From: Patescibacteria group bacterium
GTDB taxonomy: Bacteria; Patescibacteriota; Microgenomatia; Levybacterales; GWA1-39-11
Length of the DNA: 64,000 bases
Assembly: GCA_035549295.1 (NCBI GenBank)
Contig: DASZRG010000051.1
Coordinates: 17,841 to 81,840 of the forward strand
Direction: 5' to 3'
The first letter of the stretch is position 1. Every line of letters starts with the position of its first letter. The translations under genes were made by a program, and so were the position numbers. Positions 1 to 10,276 of the stretch are shown here, piece by piece. The notes beneath the pieces were generated by a model. It saw only the letters and a list, made by a program, of their open reading frames with translations. It did not search any database and was not told where the DNA came from.

Positions 1-819
1 GCGCTTCCAATTGTTCATGCTAAATCAGAAATCCTTAAAACAAATGTTGACGGAACAAGAAACGTGCTAGATGCTGCGCTTAAAAATAAAATCAAAAGAG
101 TAGTATTTATCTCTAGCACTGCTCTCTATGGAGTCCCAAAGAATCTACCGGAAACTGAAACAGACGAAATATCTCCAATCGGAAACTATGGAGAATCGAA
201 AATGATAGGAGAAGAATTATGTCTTCAGTACTTCAAGCGAGGGTTGTCAATAAACATTGTTAGACCCAAAACTTTCCTTGGACCCGAAAGGCTTGGCGTT
301 TTTACACTGTGGTTTGAGGCAATTTATCAAAATAAGCCCGTTTTTATTCTTGGTGATGGAAACAATCTCTATCAACTTCTTGACGTTACCGATCTTTGCG
401 ATTTGCTCCTTAATGCCTTACTTACAAAAAAAGATGGAGAAATATTTAATGCAGGAGCTAGCGTTTTTAGCACCTGGAGAAAAGATCTTGGAGCACTCAT
501 AAAACATGCAAAATCAAAATCTAAAATTATAGGTTTTCCCGTTTTACCTTCCCAGCTAGCCCTAGGAGCACTTGAAACATTCAATTTATCACCTATTGTT
601 GCTTGGCACTACAAAACGCTTCCAGTTAACTCATACGTGTCGACTGAGAAATCAAAAAAATACCTTAACTTTAAGCCCAAAAAGGGAAATCAGGATATAT
701 TCATCGAGAGTTATGATTGGTATAAAAAGCATCGCGAAGAATTTATAAATAAAACTGGCACAACTCATAGAACTATTTGGAATTTTAAGCTACTTGATAT
801 CCTAAACAAACTTGCATGA
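1..819 (+). CDS. NAD-dependent epimerase/dehydratase (extended SDR), 5'-truncated by window edge
   Basis: Frame is open from base 1 (ALP...TNVDGTRNVLDAA); FISSTALYG and YGESK catalytic motif. Confidence 0.85.
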   Translation, partial: ALPIVHAKSEILKTNVDGTRNVLDAALKNKIKRVVFISSTALYGVPKNLPETETDEISPIGNYGESKMIGEELCLQYFKRGLSINIVRPKTFLGPERLGVFTLWFEAIYQNKPVFILGDGNNLYQLLDVTDLCDLLLNALLTKKDGEIFNAGASVFSTWRKDLGALIKHAKSKSKIIGFPVLPSQLALGALETFNLSPIVAWHYKTLPVNSYVSTEKSKKYLNFKPKKGNQDIFIESYDWYKKHREEFINKTGTTHRTIWNFKLLDILNKLA

Positions 820-1370
820 AGAAGCAAAAAATAGGCTTTGACTTTGACAAAGTATTCGTAGACTACCCACCTTTTGTACCAGATTTTATGATTGATTATT
901 TATACAAGAAGAAAAACAGTCACTTGAGCTATCGAATGCCAGGAGCTTTCGAGAAACAAATAAGAGTTTTCTCGCATCATAATTTTTTTAGACCTGCTAT
1001 TAAAACTAATATTGACTCCCTTTCTAAAATTTTAAAGAAAGGCAATATAGAAGCTTATATTGTATCGAGTAGATTTTCTTTCTTAAAAAGCCGTACCAAT
1101 GCTTGGATTAAAACAAACAAATTATCAAATCTCTTCAAGAAAATGTATTTTAATTTTGATGATAAGCAACCACACATATTTAAGGAGGAAGTGCTGAGAA
1201 ATGAAAATATAGACAAGTTTATTGATGATGACTTGGACTTGTTGCGATACCTGTCAAAAAGAAATCCCAAAATAGAATTTTTCTGGTTAAGTCAATATGG
1301 CAATGAACTTTCTTTACCCAAAAACATTACCCACATCAAAAATCTTAATGAATTCGTAAAATATGTTTAG
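816..1370 (+). CDS. HAD-superfamily hydrolase (5'-nucleotidase-like)
   Basis: GFDFDKV motif I, VSSR motif II, FIDDD motif IV; ATGA overlap with upstream stop. Confidence 0.65.
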   Translation: MKKQKIGFDFDKVFVDYPPFVPDFMIDYLYKKKNSHLSYRMPGAFEKQIRVFSHHNFFRPAIKTNIDSLSKILKKGNIEAYIVSSRFSFLKSRTNAWIKTNKLSNLFKKMYFNFDDKQPHIFKEEVLRNENIDKFIDDDLDLLRYLSKRNPKIEFFWLSQYGNELSLPKNITHIKNLNEFVKYV

Positions 1371-3483
1371 CTCATCAGAAGTTCTATTCATTTTTCAATG
1401 GTGCGTTGTCCTTTTTGCACTAGGAATAATTTTTTTTCCATTTACCAATTCGGTATTTGAGCAATTCGTTGACCGCGGGTACCTTTTTTCAAAAGTTATA
1501 GCACTTGGAGCAATTTCGTATCTCTTGCTTGTATTAAACATTCTTCACATTCTTCAATTCGGATTCACTCCTATAATACTGGTCGCCTGGCTATACGTTC
1601 TTGTCATCTTTTTCGTCTTCAAAAAGAAAGTTAACAAAAAAAACATTCCTATAAAACTTATTATCTTTGAGGAAATAATCTTTATTATTGGGATTTTTAT
1701 TTGGAGTTTTATTAGAGCCCATGAACCAAGCATAAATGGACTTGAAAAATTCATGGACTTTGGCTTTGTAAACTCGATAATGAGAACAACCTATCAGCCA
1801 GCTGTTGACATGTGGTTTCCGCCATATCCGATAAACTATTATTATTTCGGACACCTTATAACTGCTGCTCTGACAACCCTTTCACTGCTCCCATCAAATA
1901 TAACTTACAACTTGATGATTGCGACGCTATTTTCTTTTTGTTTTTCTTTGTCTTTTTCACTTGGTATAAACTTAATCTCTATCAAAAAGCTGACAAGAAA
2001 GTCATTTGTAGGAGGCATACTCACAGCAGCTCTTGTTGCGCTAGCAGGAAATCTACATACAATTTATTCTTTCTTTAAAGCATATAATGTTGACAATCCG
2101 GTACCATTCTGGAATTTAAAATTTTTACCATCCTCCTTTCCCAATGACTATTGGTATCCCAATGCAACACGATTTATACCTTTTACAATTCATGAATTCC
2201 CTATTTATTCCTTCGTAGTCTCTGATCTACACGGTCATGTCACAGATATTATTTTTGTATTATTATCGATCGCGCTTCTATACAAATTCTTTTTGCAAAA
2301 AACAATTAATAAAGCATCACTTGCACTTTTCTCTCTCCTGTTAGCCATCATGTATATGACAAACGTATGGGATGCCCTTCTCTATATGACTCTTTTCTTC
2401 ATAATGATTGTGATAAAAAACCTTAGTGATTTAGAGTTTAATTTTAAAAAAATAAAGAAGGTAAACAGAACTGAAGTTGTTACAAAGATCTTTAAACCTA
2501 TTGTAGTTGTTTTTCTACTCTTTGTAGTATTTAGTCTTCCTTTTAACTTCTTCTTCAAGCCTTTTGCGTCTGGTGTTGGAATCTTGTGTGCACCAACATT
2601 CTTGACAAACATTGGAAAAATAGGTCCATTTCTTTTTGAAGCCAATCACTGTCAAAAATCCACATGGTGGGAATTGCTAACCCTATATGGATTTTTCTAT
2701 TTTTTTGTTTTTTCATTTTTAGTTTTTATTTTAAAAATCAAAAATAAAAAGAACATTGGCGCGGAAGACCTATTTATAATAGGGCTCATAACTCTCGCAA
2801 CTTTGTTAATAATAATTCCGGAATTTGTGTATGTTAAAGATATTTACCCACAGCACTATCGAGCAAACACTATGTTTAAGCTTGTTTATCAATCATTTAT
2901 TCTCCTTTCTTTATCGTCAGGTTATATCATCGTCAGAATATCAAGTAAAACAAAAAATTTACTCTTTCATTTACCAACAGTGATTCTCCTCGGACTTGTA
3001 TTCATATATCCATACTTTGCAGTAAAGGCATACTATGGCGATTTAAAATCATATTCTGGAATAGATGGTACAGTTTATCTTCAAACAAGATATCCAGACG
3101 ATTACGTTGCTATCGAATGGATTAATCGCAATATCAAAAACCGTCCAGTGATGGTCGAGGCGCAAGGTGATTCATACACTGACTATGAGCGAATATCTGC
3201 AAATACTGGTCTTCCAACAATTCTTGGCTGGACTGTTCACGAATGGTTATGGCGAGGAACATATGATATACCTGCGCCAAGAATAAGTGAAGTTAAAGAT
3301 ATTTACGAAAGTCACGATATAAATCTTACAAAGTCACTGCTAAAAAAATATGATGCAAAATATGTATATGTAGGAGGATTGGAACACCAAAAATATCCCG
3401 ATCTTTTTGAAGATAAATTCAAAAAAATCGGAACTATTGTCTTCCAACACAATCAAACTAGAATCTATAAACTAGCTATTTAG
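1363..3483 (+). CDS. DUF2298 / Chlor_Arch_YYY polytopic membrane protein (putative GT-C glycosyltransferase)
   Basis: EKFMDFGF, INYYYFGH, TIHEFP..DLHGH, NTMFK and PTILGW motifs; many TM segments. Confidence 0.85.
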   Translation: MFSSSEVLFIFQWCVVLFALGIIFFPFTNSVFEQFVDRGYLFSKVIALGAISYLLLVLNILHILQFGFTPIILVAWLYVLVIFFVFKKKVNKKNIPIKLIIFEEIIFIIGIFIWSFIRAHEPSINGLEKFMDFGFVNSIMRTTYQPAVDMWFPPYPINYYYFGHLITAALTTLSLLPSNITYNLMIATLFSFCFSLSFSLGINLISIKKLTRKSFVGGILTAALVALAGNLHTIYSFFKAYNVDNPVPFWNLKFLPSSFPNDYWYPNATRFIPFTIHEFPIYSFVVSDLHGHVTDIIFVLLSIALLYKFFLQKTINKASLALFSLLLAIMYMTNVWDALLYMTLFFIMIVIKNLSDLEFNFKKIKKVNRTEVVTKIFKPIVVVFLLFVVFSLPFNFFFKPFASGVGILCAPTFLTNIGKIGPFLFEANHCQKSTWWELLTLYGFFYFFVFSFLVFILKIKNKKNIGAEDLFIIGLITLATLLIIIPEFVYVKDIYPQHYRANTMFKLVYQSFILLSLSSGYIIVRISSKTKNLLFHLPTVILLGLVFIYPYFAVKAYYGDLKSYSGIDGTVYLQTRYPDDYVAIEWINRNIKNRPVMVEAQGDSYTDYERISANTGLPTILGWTVHEWLWRGTYDIPAPRISEVKDIYESHDINLTKSLLKKYDAKYVYVGGLEHQKYPDLFEDKFKKIGTIVFQHNQTRIYKLAI

Positions 3484-4600
3484 AAGACTGCGGAGTAGGA
3501 GTCGCTATTATCAAATTGTTTTTCCCGACTGAACAAACAAGCCCATCAGCAATACACTTAACGTAACTCTGAATTTCAGTGAAATTTCCATCACCTACGC
3601 GAGGGGCTAGAATGAATTGAAATTGCTTGTCAGCCGTAGGCTCTGGGATAGTAAGAAGACCGTACGTTCCACGCAAGTTGTCATCAGAATCAATAACAAA
3701 ACTTTGTATCTTAGCGTTTTGCATTCTCCTTGCTAGATTTATAAAGTCGTCAAACTCGCTCACCTGAATATCTGTATTAATGTTATCTTTTACAATATTA
3801 AAAATGCCAAGCACCTTTACTGGATTTAAAATTATCCCAAGAGATAATACCTTCGTCCGAATTGCAGATATGACTTCTTGCTGGCGTCTGCTTCTTGCAA
3901 AGTCGCTTCCTTCCTCACCAACGCCATGCCTTGAGCGAGAAAATTCGAGCGCTGTCTCACCATCCATATGCTGCGTACCAGCCTCAACATGAAGATGTTT
4001 ATAACGACAGGAGAAATATTGCCAAAGATCCTGCTCAGCAGAAACTGTGGCAGTATACTCTTGGATATCGGTATCTTGATGACCACAATTATCAGTCTCT
4101 TTTCCTTCAATCGGATAGTTATAGTCATCTAGAGTACTCGCTACATTGACGTCTATTCCACCTAGGTAATCGACTAGCTTCACAAAACCAGAAAAATCAA
4201 TAACTACTGCATAGTCTATATTCTGACCAGTGACTTTTTCAACGATTGCTTTTGTTAAAAACAGACCTTGATTGTTTATTTTTTGACCATCAGCATAAAC
4301 AGAATTTATTTTACCTGCCTTATCAGACAATATGCTAGGTATCCAAAGATCGCGTGGAATTGAAACAAGGTCAGCTCGATTTTTATCTGGGTTTATCATA
4401 GCAAGCATCATCGTGTCGGTAAGATCCGGCCCATCATGCGTACCACCGCCGCGACCAAGGAGAAGAATATTAATATTCCCACTCTTTTCGCTCTTGAGTT
4501 GTATCTTTTGATTGAATACAAATTTGTTTAGAACTACACCAAAGCCAACAATCAAAACCACAACAATAATAAGCGTAATAAGATTGTTTTTTCTATGCAT
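3476..4600 (-). CDS. LytR-CpsA-Psr (LCP) family glycopolymer transferase
   Basis: N-terminal TM, NILLLG, TDTMM, SIPRDLW, SRSR, SDFARSRRQQ; start placed at ATG 4600, which overlaps the tpiA stop. Confidence 0.9.
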   Translation of the reverse strand: MHRKNNLITLIIVVVLIVGFGVVLNKFVFNQKIQLKSEKSGNINILLLGRGGGTHDGPDLTDTMMLAMINPDKNRADLVSIPRDLWIPSILSDKAGKINSVYADGQKINNQGLFLTKAIVEKVTGQNIDYAVVIDFSGFVKLVDYLGGIDVNVASTLDDYNYPIEGKETDNCGHQDTDIQEYTATVSAEQDLWQYFSCRYKHLHVEAGTQHMDGETALEFSRSRHGVGEEGSDFARSRRQQEVISAIRTKVLSLGIILNPVKVLGIFNIVKDNINTDIQVSEFDDFINLARRMQNAKIQSFVIDSDDNLRGTYGLLTIPEPTADKQFQFILAPRVGDGNFTEIQSYVKCIADGLVCSVGKNNLIIATPTPQSSK

Positions 4601-5252
4601 TTTTAATAATCGAAGAGAACCCAGAAGGATTGAGGCTCGCACCACCAACCAAAACACCACCTATATTTACACACGATGTAAACTGATTAACGTTTTCGGC
4701 AGTTACACTACCGCCATAGAGAACAATTCCCCCTTCATGTTTTGCTCGTATTACAGCAGCTACACGATCCGCATTCTCAGGAGTGTCGGGATGTCCAGTA
4801 CCAATCGCTTCAACTGGTTCATAGGCCACTATTTTGACACCTTGAGGAATAGGAGTATCCTCGTTTTGTACGCAAAAAATTATTTCTATACCAGCGCTTT
4901 GTGCTTTCTCGCATTTTTTACTTAAAAGCTCATCCGTTTCACCAAAATATTTTCGTCTTTCTGAGTGACCAATAATTGTAAATTTTACAAGCTCTTTGAT
5001 TTGACTTGCTGACACTTCGCCCGTAAATGCTCCATCATCAAATGGAGATATATCCTGAACCCCCGAATCAATTTTAAGATTGTTTGTCGCTATGAAATTT
5101 GAAAGTGTCGACACTGACAAATAGGGCGGGCATATTACTACTTGCACATCATCTCGAGCTATATATAAATCCTTAAATTCATTTAGAAAATTGTTTGTAT
5201 CCTCAATTGTCTTGTTGCTTTTCCAGTTAGCTACGATAAAGAGATTGACCAT
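4593..5252 (-). CDS. tpiA: Triosephosphate isomerase (short form)
   Basis: ANWKS, GAFTGEVS, IIGHSERR, AYEP, LYGGSV, LVGGASL. Confidence 0.95.
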   Translation of the reverse strand: MVNLFIVANWKSNKTIEDTNNFLNEFKDLYIARDDVQVVICPPYLSVSTLSNFIATNNLKIDSGVQDISPFDDGAFTGEVSASQIKELVKFTIIGHSERRKYFGETDELLSKKCEKAQSAGIEIIFCVQNEDTPIPQGVKIVAYEPVEAIGTGHPDTPENADRVAAVIRAKHEGGIVLYGGSVTAENVNQFTSCVNIGGVLVGGASLNPSGFSSIIKNA

Positions 5253-5298
5253 ATGGTAGAATTGAATTTACCCCGATTACCAACAATTATAGCAAGTT

Positions 5299-7146
5299 AT
5301 GAATGACATTCTCAATAAATTAAATAAGGAACAGCAAGCAGCCGTGATCCAAACCGAAGGTCCCGTAATTGTTCTTGCGGGTGCTGGAAGCGGAAAAACG
5401 AGAGTTCTTGTAAACCGAGCTTTATATCTTGTCCTTGAGAAAAAAGTAAACCCATCAAATATTCTTCTTGTCACGTTTACCAATAAGGCAGCGGGGGAGA
5501 TGTTAGCAAGAATTACAAATGTTTTCGCAGACCACAACATCTCAGACCAGCCCACAGTTGGAACGTTTCATGCAATATGCAGTAAAATTCTGAGACGAGA
5601 TGGGAAGAATATAGGAATTGGAATAGGTTTCCAAATTTTTGATACACAAGACCAGCTTGAAACAATTAAGGAAGCCTTTGAGTTCCTTGATATTTCAGCA
5701 AAGGAAGTAAAACCAAGATCTATCCTCGCAACAATTTCCCAAGCAAAAAACCAAATGATAACACCTACTATGTATGAGTCTTTCGCTCGCGGGTATTTTC
5801 AAGAGACAGTCGCCAAAGTCTATCCTGTTTATGAAGGCCTCCTAAAAGACCACGAAGCATTAGATTTTGATGATTTGATGCTAAAAACAATCGAACTTTT
5901 CAAAAAAGATCCAGCAACTCTTGAGCGGTACCAAAATAAATTTGAATATATTATGGTCGATGAATATCAAGATACAAATGAGGCCCAGTTCCAACTAACA
6001 AAAATTATCGGTGGCAAATCAAGAAATATTTGCATAGTTGGAGACTTCTCGCAAAGCATTTACAGCTTCCGAGGCGCCGACTTTAGGAATCTTGAAAAAT
6101 TCAAGAAGGATTTTCCAGACGCCTTAACCTTCCCACTTTCTCAAAATTATCGGTCTACCCAAAATATTTTAGATGCAGCCTATTCTATTATCTCCAATAA
6201 CACAATGCATCCTGTTCTCTCACTGTGGACTCAAAATCGTGAAGGAGATGAGATAGTAATATTCCAGGCACACTCAGAGCAAAATGAAGCTGAATACATA
6301 ATCGAACAAGTTTATCGCGCAAGAAGAAATAATCCAAGTTTAAAATTTTCTGACTTTGCAGTTCTCTACAGAACGAATGCACAATCACGCGCTATTGAGG
6401 AAACATTTCTGCATAATTCCATCCCCTACATACTTGTTGGAGGAGTTCGCTTTTATGAACGAAAGGAAATAAAAGATGTTCTTTCGTATTTATCGTACCT
6501 TGCTAACCAAAAAAACAAAGTTGCACTAAAGAGGATAACTAAAATTGGAAAAAGAAGAACAGAGAAATTTTTGGATTATGTTAATGACGCAAACGAAAGA
6601 GGTTACCAAGACAATAAAAGTACACTCGAACTACTTGATGAAATTGTCAACAAGACCTCATATACAGATCTGTATGATCAAAAAGACCCTGAAGATAAGG
6701 CGAGAATTGAAAATATAAAAGAGCTTCGATCAGTGGCCGTAGAATTCACAAATTTGAATCAATTCCTCGAAAATGTGGCGCTAGTTGAACAGGAATACAT
6801 GCCAGATAAAAAGTCCGTTGAAAGTCGAGATGCAATTACCCTTATGACAATGCATGCTGCAAAAGGTCTTGAATTTAATATTGTTTTTATCGTCGGTATG
6901 GAAGAGGGACTTTTTCCACATTCGCAATCTATGCTTGATACAGGGGAGCTTGAAGAAGAAAGAAGACTCATGTATGTTGGGGTCACTCGCGCTCGCGAAA
7001 AATTATTTTTAACTTTTGCAAAAAGACGTTTGTTTTTTGGACAAAGCGTAAGTAACTCTATTTCTAGATTTATCTACGAATTACCTCAGGAGGTGCTCAA
7101 GAAAAATTTTGTCGTCAAGCAAGATGATGAACCGGGTTGGATGTAG
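5299..7146 (+). CDS. pcrA: ATP-dependent DNA helicase PcrA/UvrD
   Basis: AGAGSGKT, TFTNKAA, VDEYQDTN, QNYRST, TMHAAKGLEF, EEERRLMYVGVTRA. Confidence 0.93.
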   Translation: MNDILNKLNKEQQAAVIQTEGPVIVLAGAGSGKTRVLVNRALYLVLEKKVNPSNILLVTFTNKAAGEMLARITNVFADHNISDQPTVGTFHAICSKILRRDGKNIGIGIGFQIFDTQDQLETIKEAFEFLDISAKEVKPRSILATISQAKNQMITPTMYESFARGYFQETVAKVYPVYEGLLKDHEALDFDDLMLKTIELFKKDPATLERYQNKFEYIMVDEYQDTNEAQFQLTKIIGGKSRNICIVGDFSQSIYSFRGADFRNLEKFKKDFPDALTFPLSQNYRSTQNILDAAYSIISNNTMHPVLSLWTQNREGDEIVIFQAHSEQNEAEYIIEQVYRARRNNPSLKFSDFAVLYRTNAQSRAIEETFLHNSIPYILVGGVRFYERKEIKDVLSYLSYLANQKNKVALKRITKIGKRRTEKFLDYVNDANERGYQDNKSTLELLDEIVNKTSYTDLYDQKDPEDKARIENIKELRSVAVEFTNLNQFLENVALVEQEYMPDKKSVESRDAITLMTMHAAKGLEFNIVFIVGMEEGLFPHSQSMLDTGELEEERRLMYVGVTRAREKLFLTFAKRRLFFGQSVSNSISRFIYELPQEVLKKNFVVKQDDEPGWM

Positions 7147-7223
7147 AATATTAACGAAAACAACCAATTGACAAATTTACACATTGACTTTAACTACAAA
7201 TAGAAGAATGTGTAAAATGGTGT

Positions 7224-8258
7224 ATGGGAGAATTTATTGATATTGTTGAGTCAAGAAAAGATGAATACAACGAGGTAGTTAGCCACCCTCTGCAGTCTTT
7301 TGAGTGGGGAGAATTTAGAAAAAAAACCGGAGTTAGAGTCATTCGAAAAGTACTAGTGAAGAATGAAAAAATAGTTGACGGATTCACACTAACAATCCAC
7401 AGAGTTCCTAAAATTAATCTAAACATTGGTTATCTACCTAAGGGAAATAAACCCACAAAAGAAATATTGGAAGAACTCGTAAGAATAGGCAAAGAAGAAA
7501 ACTGCATATTCGTTCAACTCGAGCCGAATTTGGTCAATGGTCAATGGTCAATGGTAAATGGTTTTAACTTGAGACCAGCGGCGCATCCTCTTATTACAAA
7601 ATATACATTTGTGCTGGATCTAACCCACTCTGAACAAGAGTTACTCGCAGCAATGCATTCGAAAACTCGATACAACATACGCGTTGCTGAAAAACATGGT
7701 GTAAAAGTAACCGAAGATAACTCTAAAGAGTCATTTGAAAATTACTTAAAACTCATTGAGGAAACAACCTCTCGACAAGGCTTTTATGCACACACTCCGT
7801 CCTACCACAGGAAAATGTTCGAAACGTTAAGTCAAAAATCAAATGTCAAAAATCAAACGTCATTGACTTATCATTTGTTAACCGCAAAATATAAAAACAC
7901 AACACTCACCTCATGGGTACTTTTTGTTTTCCATGATACCCTTTATTATCCTTATGGCGCATCAAGTCGAGAGAATAGAGAAACAATGTCTAACAATTTA
8001 GTTGCTTGGGAAGCAATAAAGTTTGGAAAAAAACTCGGCTTAAAATATTTTGATATGTGGGGCGCACTAGGACCAAATCCTGATAAAAATGACCCATGGT
8101 TTGGTTTCCATAGATTCAAAGAAGGATATGGCCCCACCCACACTGAATTTGTAGGAAGTTTTGACCTTATCATAAAACCCAACGAATACGAATTATATAA
8201 AGTGGCCGATAAACTGAGGTGGGGGGTTTTGAGAGTCTTAAAAAAGTTTAAAAAATAA
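7224..8258 (+). CDS. FemAB/FemX-family peptidoglycan bridge aminoacyltransferase
   Basis: HPLQSFEWGEFR, KTRYNIR, YYPYGAS, FDMWG, GFHRFKEGYG. Confidence 0.9.
   Translation: MGEFIDIVESRKDEYNEVVSHPLQSFEWGEFRKKTGVRVIRKVLVKNEKIVDGFTLTIHRVPKINLNIGYLPKGNKPTKEILEELVRIGKEENCIFVQLEPNLVNGQWSMVNGFNLRPAAHPLITKYTFVLDLTHSEQELLAAMHSKTRYNIRVAEKHGVKVTEDNSKESFENYLKLIEETTSRQGFYAHTPSYHRKMFETLSQKSNVKNQTSLTYHLLTAKYKNTTLTSWVLFVFHDTLYYPYGASSRENRETMSNNLVAWEAIKFGKKLGLKYFDMWGALGPNPDKNDPWFGFHRFKEGYGPTHTEFVGSFDLIIKPNEYELYKVADKLRWGVLRVLKKFKK
7531..7563 (+). repeat. Heptamer tandem repeat (TGGTCAA)x3-TGGTAAA inside the FemAB CDS
   Basis: Read directly; encodes VNGQWSMVNG. Confidence 0.8.
7829..7862 (+). repeat. Degenerate heptamer tandem repeat (ANRTCAA) inside the FemAB CDS
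   Basis: AAGTCAA AAATCAA ATGTCAA AAATCAA ACGTCA. Confidence 0.65.
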
Positions 8259-8261
8259 CTT

Positions 8262-8696
8262 TTAAAAGCTAGGATTTGCATCGTGCAACATAACTAGCTG
8301 AGCAAGATGTTCTGAGGTGTGTGCGGTCACAAAAATGAGTCCTCCCCCAACACTATCAATCACAAAGTCTCCCATGTTTATTTCTTCCTTTAGTTTTTCA
8401 TTAAGGTCTAAATCTTTATCTATTAAGTCTTGAGTCGCTTGAATCGCTAAGTCTATTGATTTATTTATTTCTGAAACATCATGATCGCTGGTTAATTCAC
8501 TGTCTTTGTCACGAGGAAATTCTCCACCTGAAATCCTAACTCTCAAGAAGAAGTTAGCCGACTGTGAGGCATGGAAAGCTACTTGAGAAGCTTTTGTTCC
8601 TTCCTTAAATATTTGTCGATTAACATCAATTTCTGAAACCGTGCTTTTAAGAGTTTTTAAATAGCCAAGTAATCTTTGCGCTGGATGATTCTTCAT
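8262..8696 (-). CDS. DinB/YfiT-like four-helix protein
   Basis: His in the N-terminal helix (AFHAS), RDKDSE, C-terminal HTSEH. Confidence 0.6.
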   Translation of the reverse strand: MKNHPAQRLLGYLKTLKSTVSEIDVNRQIFKEGTKASQVAFHASQSANFFLRVRISGGEFPRDKDSELTSDHDVSEINKSIDLAIQATQDLIDKDLDLNEKLKEEINMGDFVIDSVGGGLIFVTAHTSEHLAQLVMLHDANPSF

Positions 8697-8714
8697 TTTC
8701 TTTATTATAACAGT

Positions 8715-9266
8715 TTAGGTAATTTTGTAAAAATGCATTTGTGATCTTGTGTCTGACCCTATGTATTTCATTTTATCGCCTTTTTTTATCTTAAACTTAT
8801 AACGATAACTTATAATTCTCGTGCCTTTTTTTAACTCTGAAAACAATTTAGGTTTTAACTTTTCAAGAACCGAAGGCACAAGATAAGCAAATACGACTGT
8901 TGCGGAATTTAGTTTATAGTCAAAAAAATTACCATGTCTTAATTCAACTTTACTACTAACACCATTTAGCATTGCGTTAAACGTTGCAATAATGTGGCGA
9001 ATATAGTCTATCTCAATGCCAACGCATTTTGCGCCAACTTTTTTTGCGCAAGTGACTAAAAATGTTGCATCGCCACTACCGAGTTCGAAAACTTTATCAT
9101 CAGAACCAATATCCGCAAGCTTTATTGCCGCTAACGCTTTTTTGCCATTGGTCCTCCACCACAGACTCCAAGGACTATCAGGCGGCCATACCCACCAAAT
9201 AACAATAAGCCCAACAATAATAACGATCGAAAAAAAGACGTTGATAAATATAAAACCAAAATTCAT
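8715..9266 (-). CDS. Membrane-anchored class I SAM-dependent methyltransferase
   Basis: N-terminal TM, ELGSGDA, GIEID, VVFAYL, ELKKGTRIIS. Confidence 0.8.
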   Translation of the reverse strand: MNFGFIFINVFFSIVIIVGLIVIWWVWPPDSPWSLWWRTNGKKALAAIKLADIGSDDKVFELGSGDATFLVTCAKKVGAKCVGIEIDYIRHIIATFNAMLNGVSSKVELRHGNFFDYKLNSATVVFAYLVPSVLEKLKPKLFSELKKGTRIISYRYKFKIKKGDKMKYIGSDTRSQMHFYKIT

Positions 9267-9324
9267 ATTTGCGATAATACATTAATGCATTAATGTATTA
9301 TCATTTCAAGAGCAAGAGATATTA

Positions 9325-9388
9325 AATTGTCGAATGGCTAGATGGTTAAATTGCTAAATTGTTAAATAGTTAAATAACTGAATGGCTA
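9325..9388. repeat. Octamer tandem array (AATKGYTA-like, about 8 units)
   Basis: aattgtcg aatggcta gatggtta aattgcta aattgtta aatagtta aataactg aatggcta. Confidence 0.7.
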
Positions 9389-10225
9389 GTTGCCACAGAT
9401 GAGCTGAGCGGATCGCCTAATTTCTTCAACGCGTTTTTTATCTATCATATATTTATCTTTATACTCGTCGTCTGAGATTTTTAGAAGATCAAAAACTAAA
9501 ATTATTCCATTGTCTATCATTCGTCTTTTTTCCTCAGTTGTTAGATCTGTCATTATTGTAACCGGATACATCTTTGGTCTTTCAACAAAGTCTTGTAGAT
9601 TTTGCTGTTCAGGATAATTCCAAGCCATAAGCCTAACCCCTTTACATTCAGCATAAGTAATCGCGTCTGTTGATAGCTTCGTGTTGGTTGCAACCCAAAC
9701 ACCATCGATCTTGTTTGCTTTTGAAACATCCAAAAAACGCGCGTAAGTATAAAGAATAACTTGAACATCTGTCTTACCAAACATCTGGTTATGAAATTTT
9801 GCTTCAATTATTTCGCGTCGGCCATCTTTCTCAAGAAGAACATCGATTTCATGAGATACGCACTCACCTCTCATTTGCAGATCCACTTGAGTCTTGTAAC
9901 CCTGACTTTTAAAAATATCGGCAAGATATTGTTCAAATGGAAAACCTGTAGGCCCAAGCTCAAAAATGCCTTGCTTCAAGTTGAATCGAAGCGCGCTTTT
10001 TTTGTCTTTTGTCGTTAAAAATTCACGTATGTGATAAAAGATTTCATCCGTCGTTATAGTATTATCCGACTGAATTCTTTCTTTTATATGAGCAAGAGCT
10101 CTATCGTGTAATTCTTTTGGAACACCCGCTCGCTCCATAGAGTGGATAACACGCAGATCATCAAACTCAACTTGTTGACCGTTGCGCTTGATAACCATGA
10201 TCGGAGGTATGAGTCGGGCAGACAT
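9386..10225 (-). CDS. ATP-cone domain fused to Mrr-like PD-(D/E)XK endonuclease
   Basis: N-terminal VIKRNGQQVEFD; GFPFEQY, HEIDV...IEAKFH. Confidence 0.75.
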   Translation of the reverse strand: MSARLIPPIMVIKRNGQQVEFDDLRVIHSMERAGVPKELHDRALAHIKERIQSDNTITTDEIFYHIREFLTTKDKKSALRFNLKQGIFELGPTGFPFEQYLADIFKSQGYKTQVDLQMRGECVSHEIDVLLEKDGRREIIEAKFHNQMFGKTDVQVILYTYARFLDVSKANKIDGVWVATNTKLSTDAITYAECKGVRLMAWNYPEQQNLQDFVERPKMYPVTIMTDLTTEEKRRMIDNGIILVFDLLKISDDEYKDKYMIDKKRVEEIRRSAQLICGN

Positions 10226-10242
10226 AATAAATAGTATAAATT

Positions 10243-10276
10243 AAGGGTATCAAGAGTATCAAGGGTACCACGGGGG
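10243..10276 (+). repeat. 9-mer tandem repeat family AAGRGTATC, copy 1
   Basis: aagggtatc aagagtatc aagggtacc. Confidence 0.75.

Noticed and set aside
4601-4660. Longer starts in the ORF track (4660, 22033, 22277, 30039, 30490, 42564, 48551, 49791, 56496)
   Set aside because: The extensions run into neighbouring genes, repeats or promoters; downstream starts fit -10 spacing or translational coupling better
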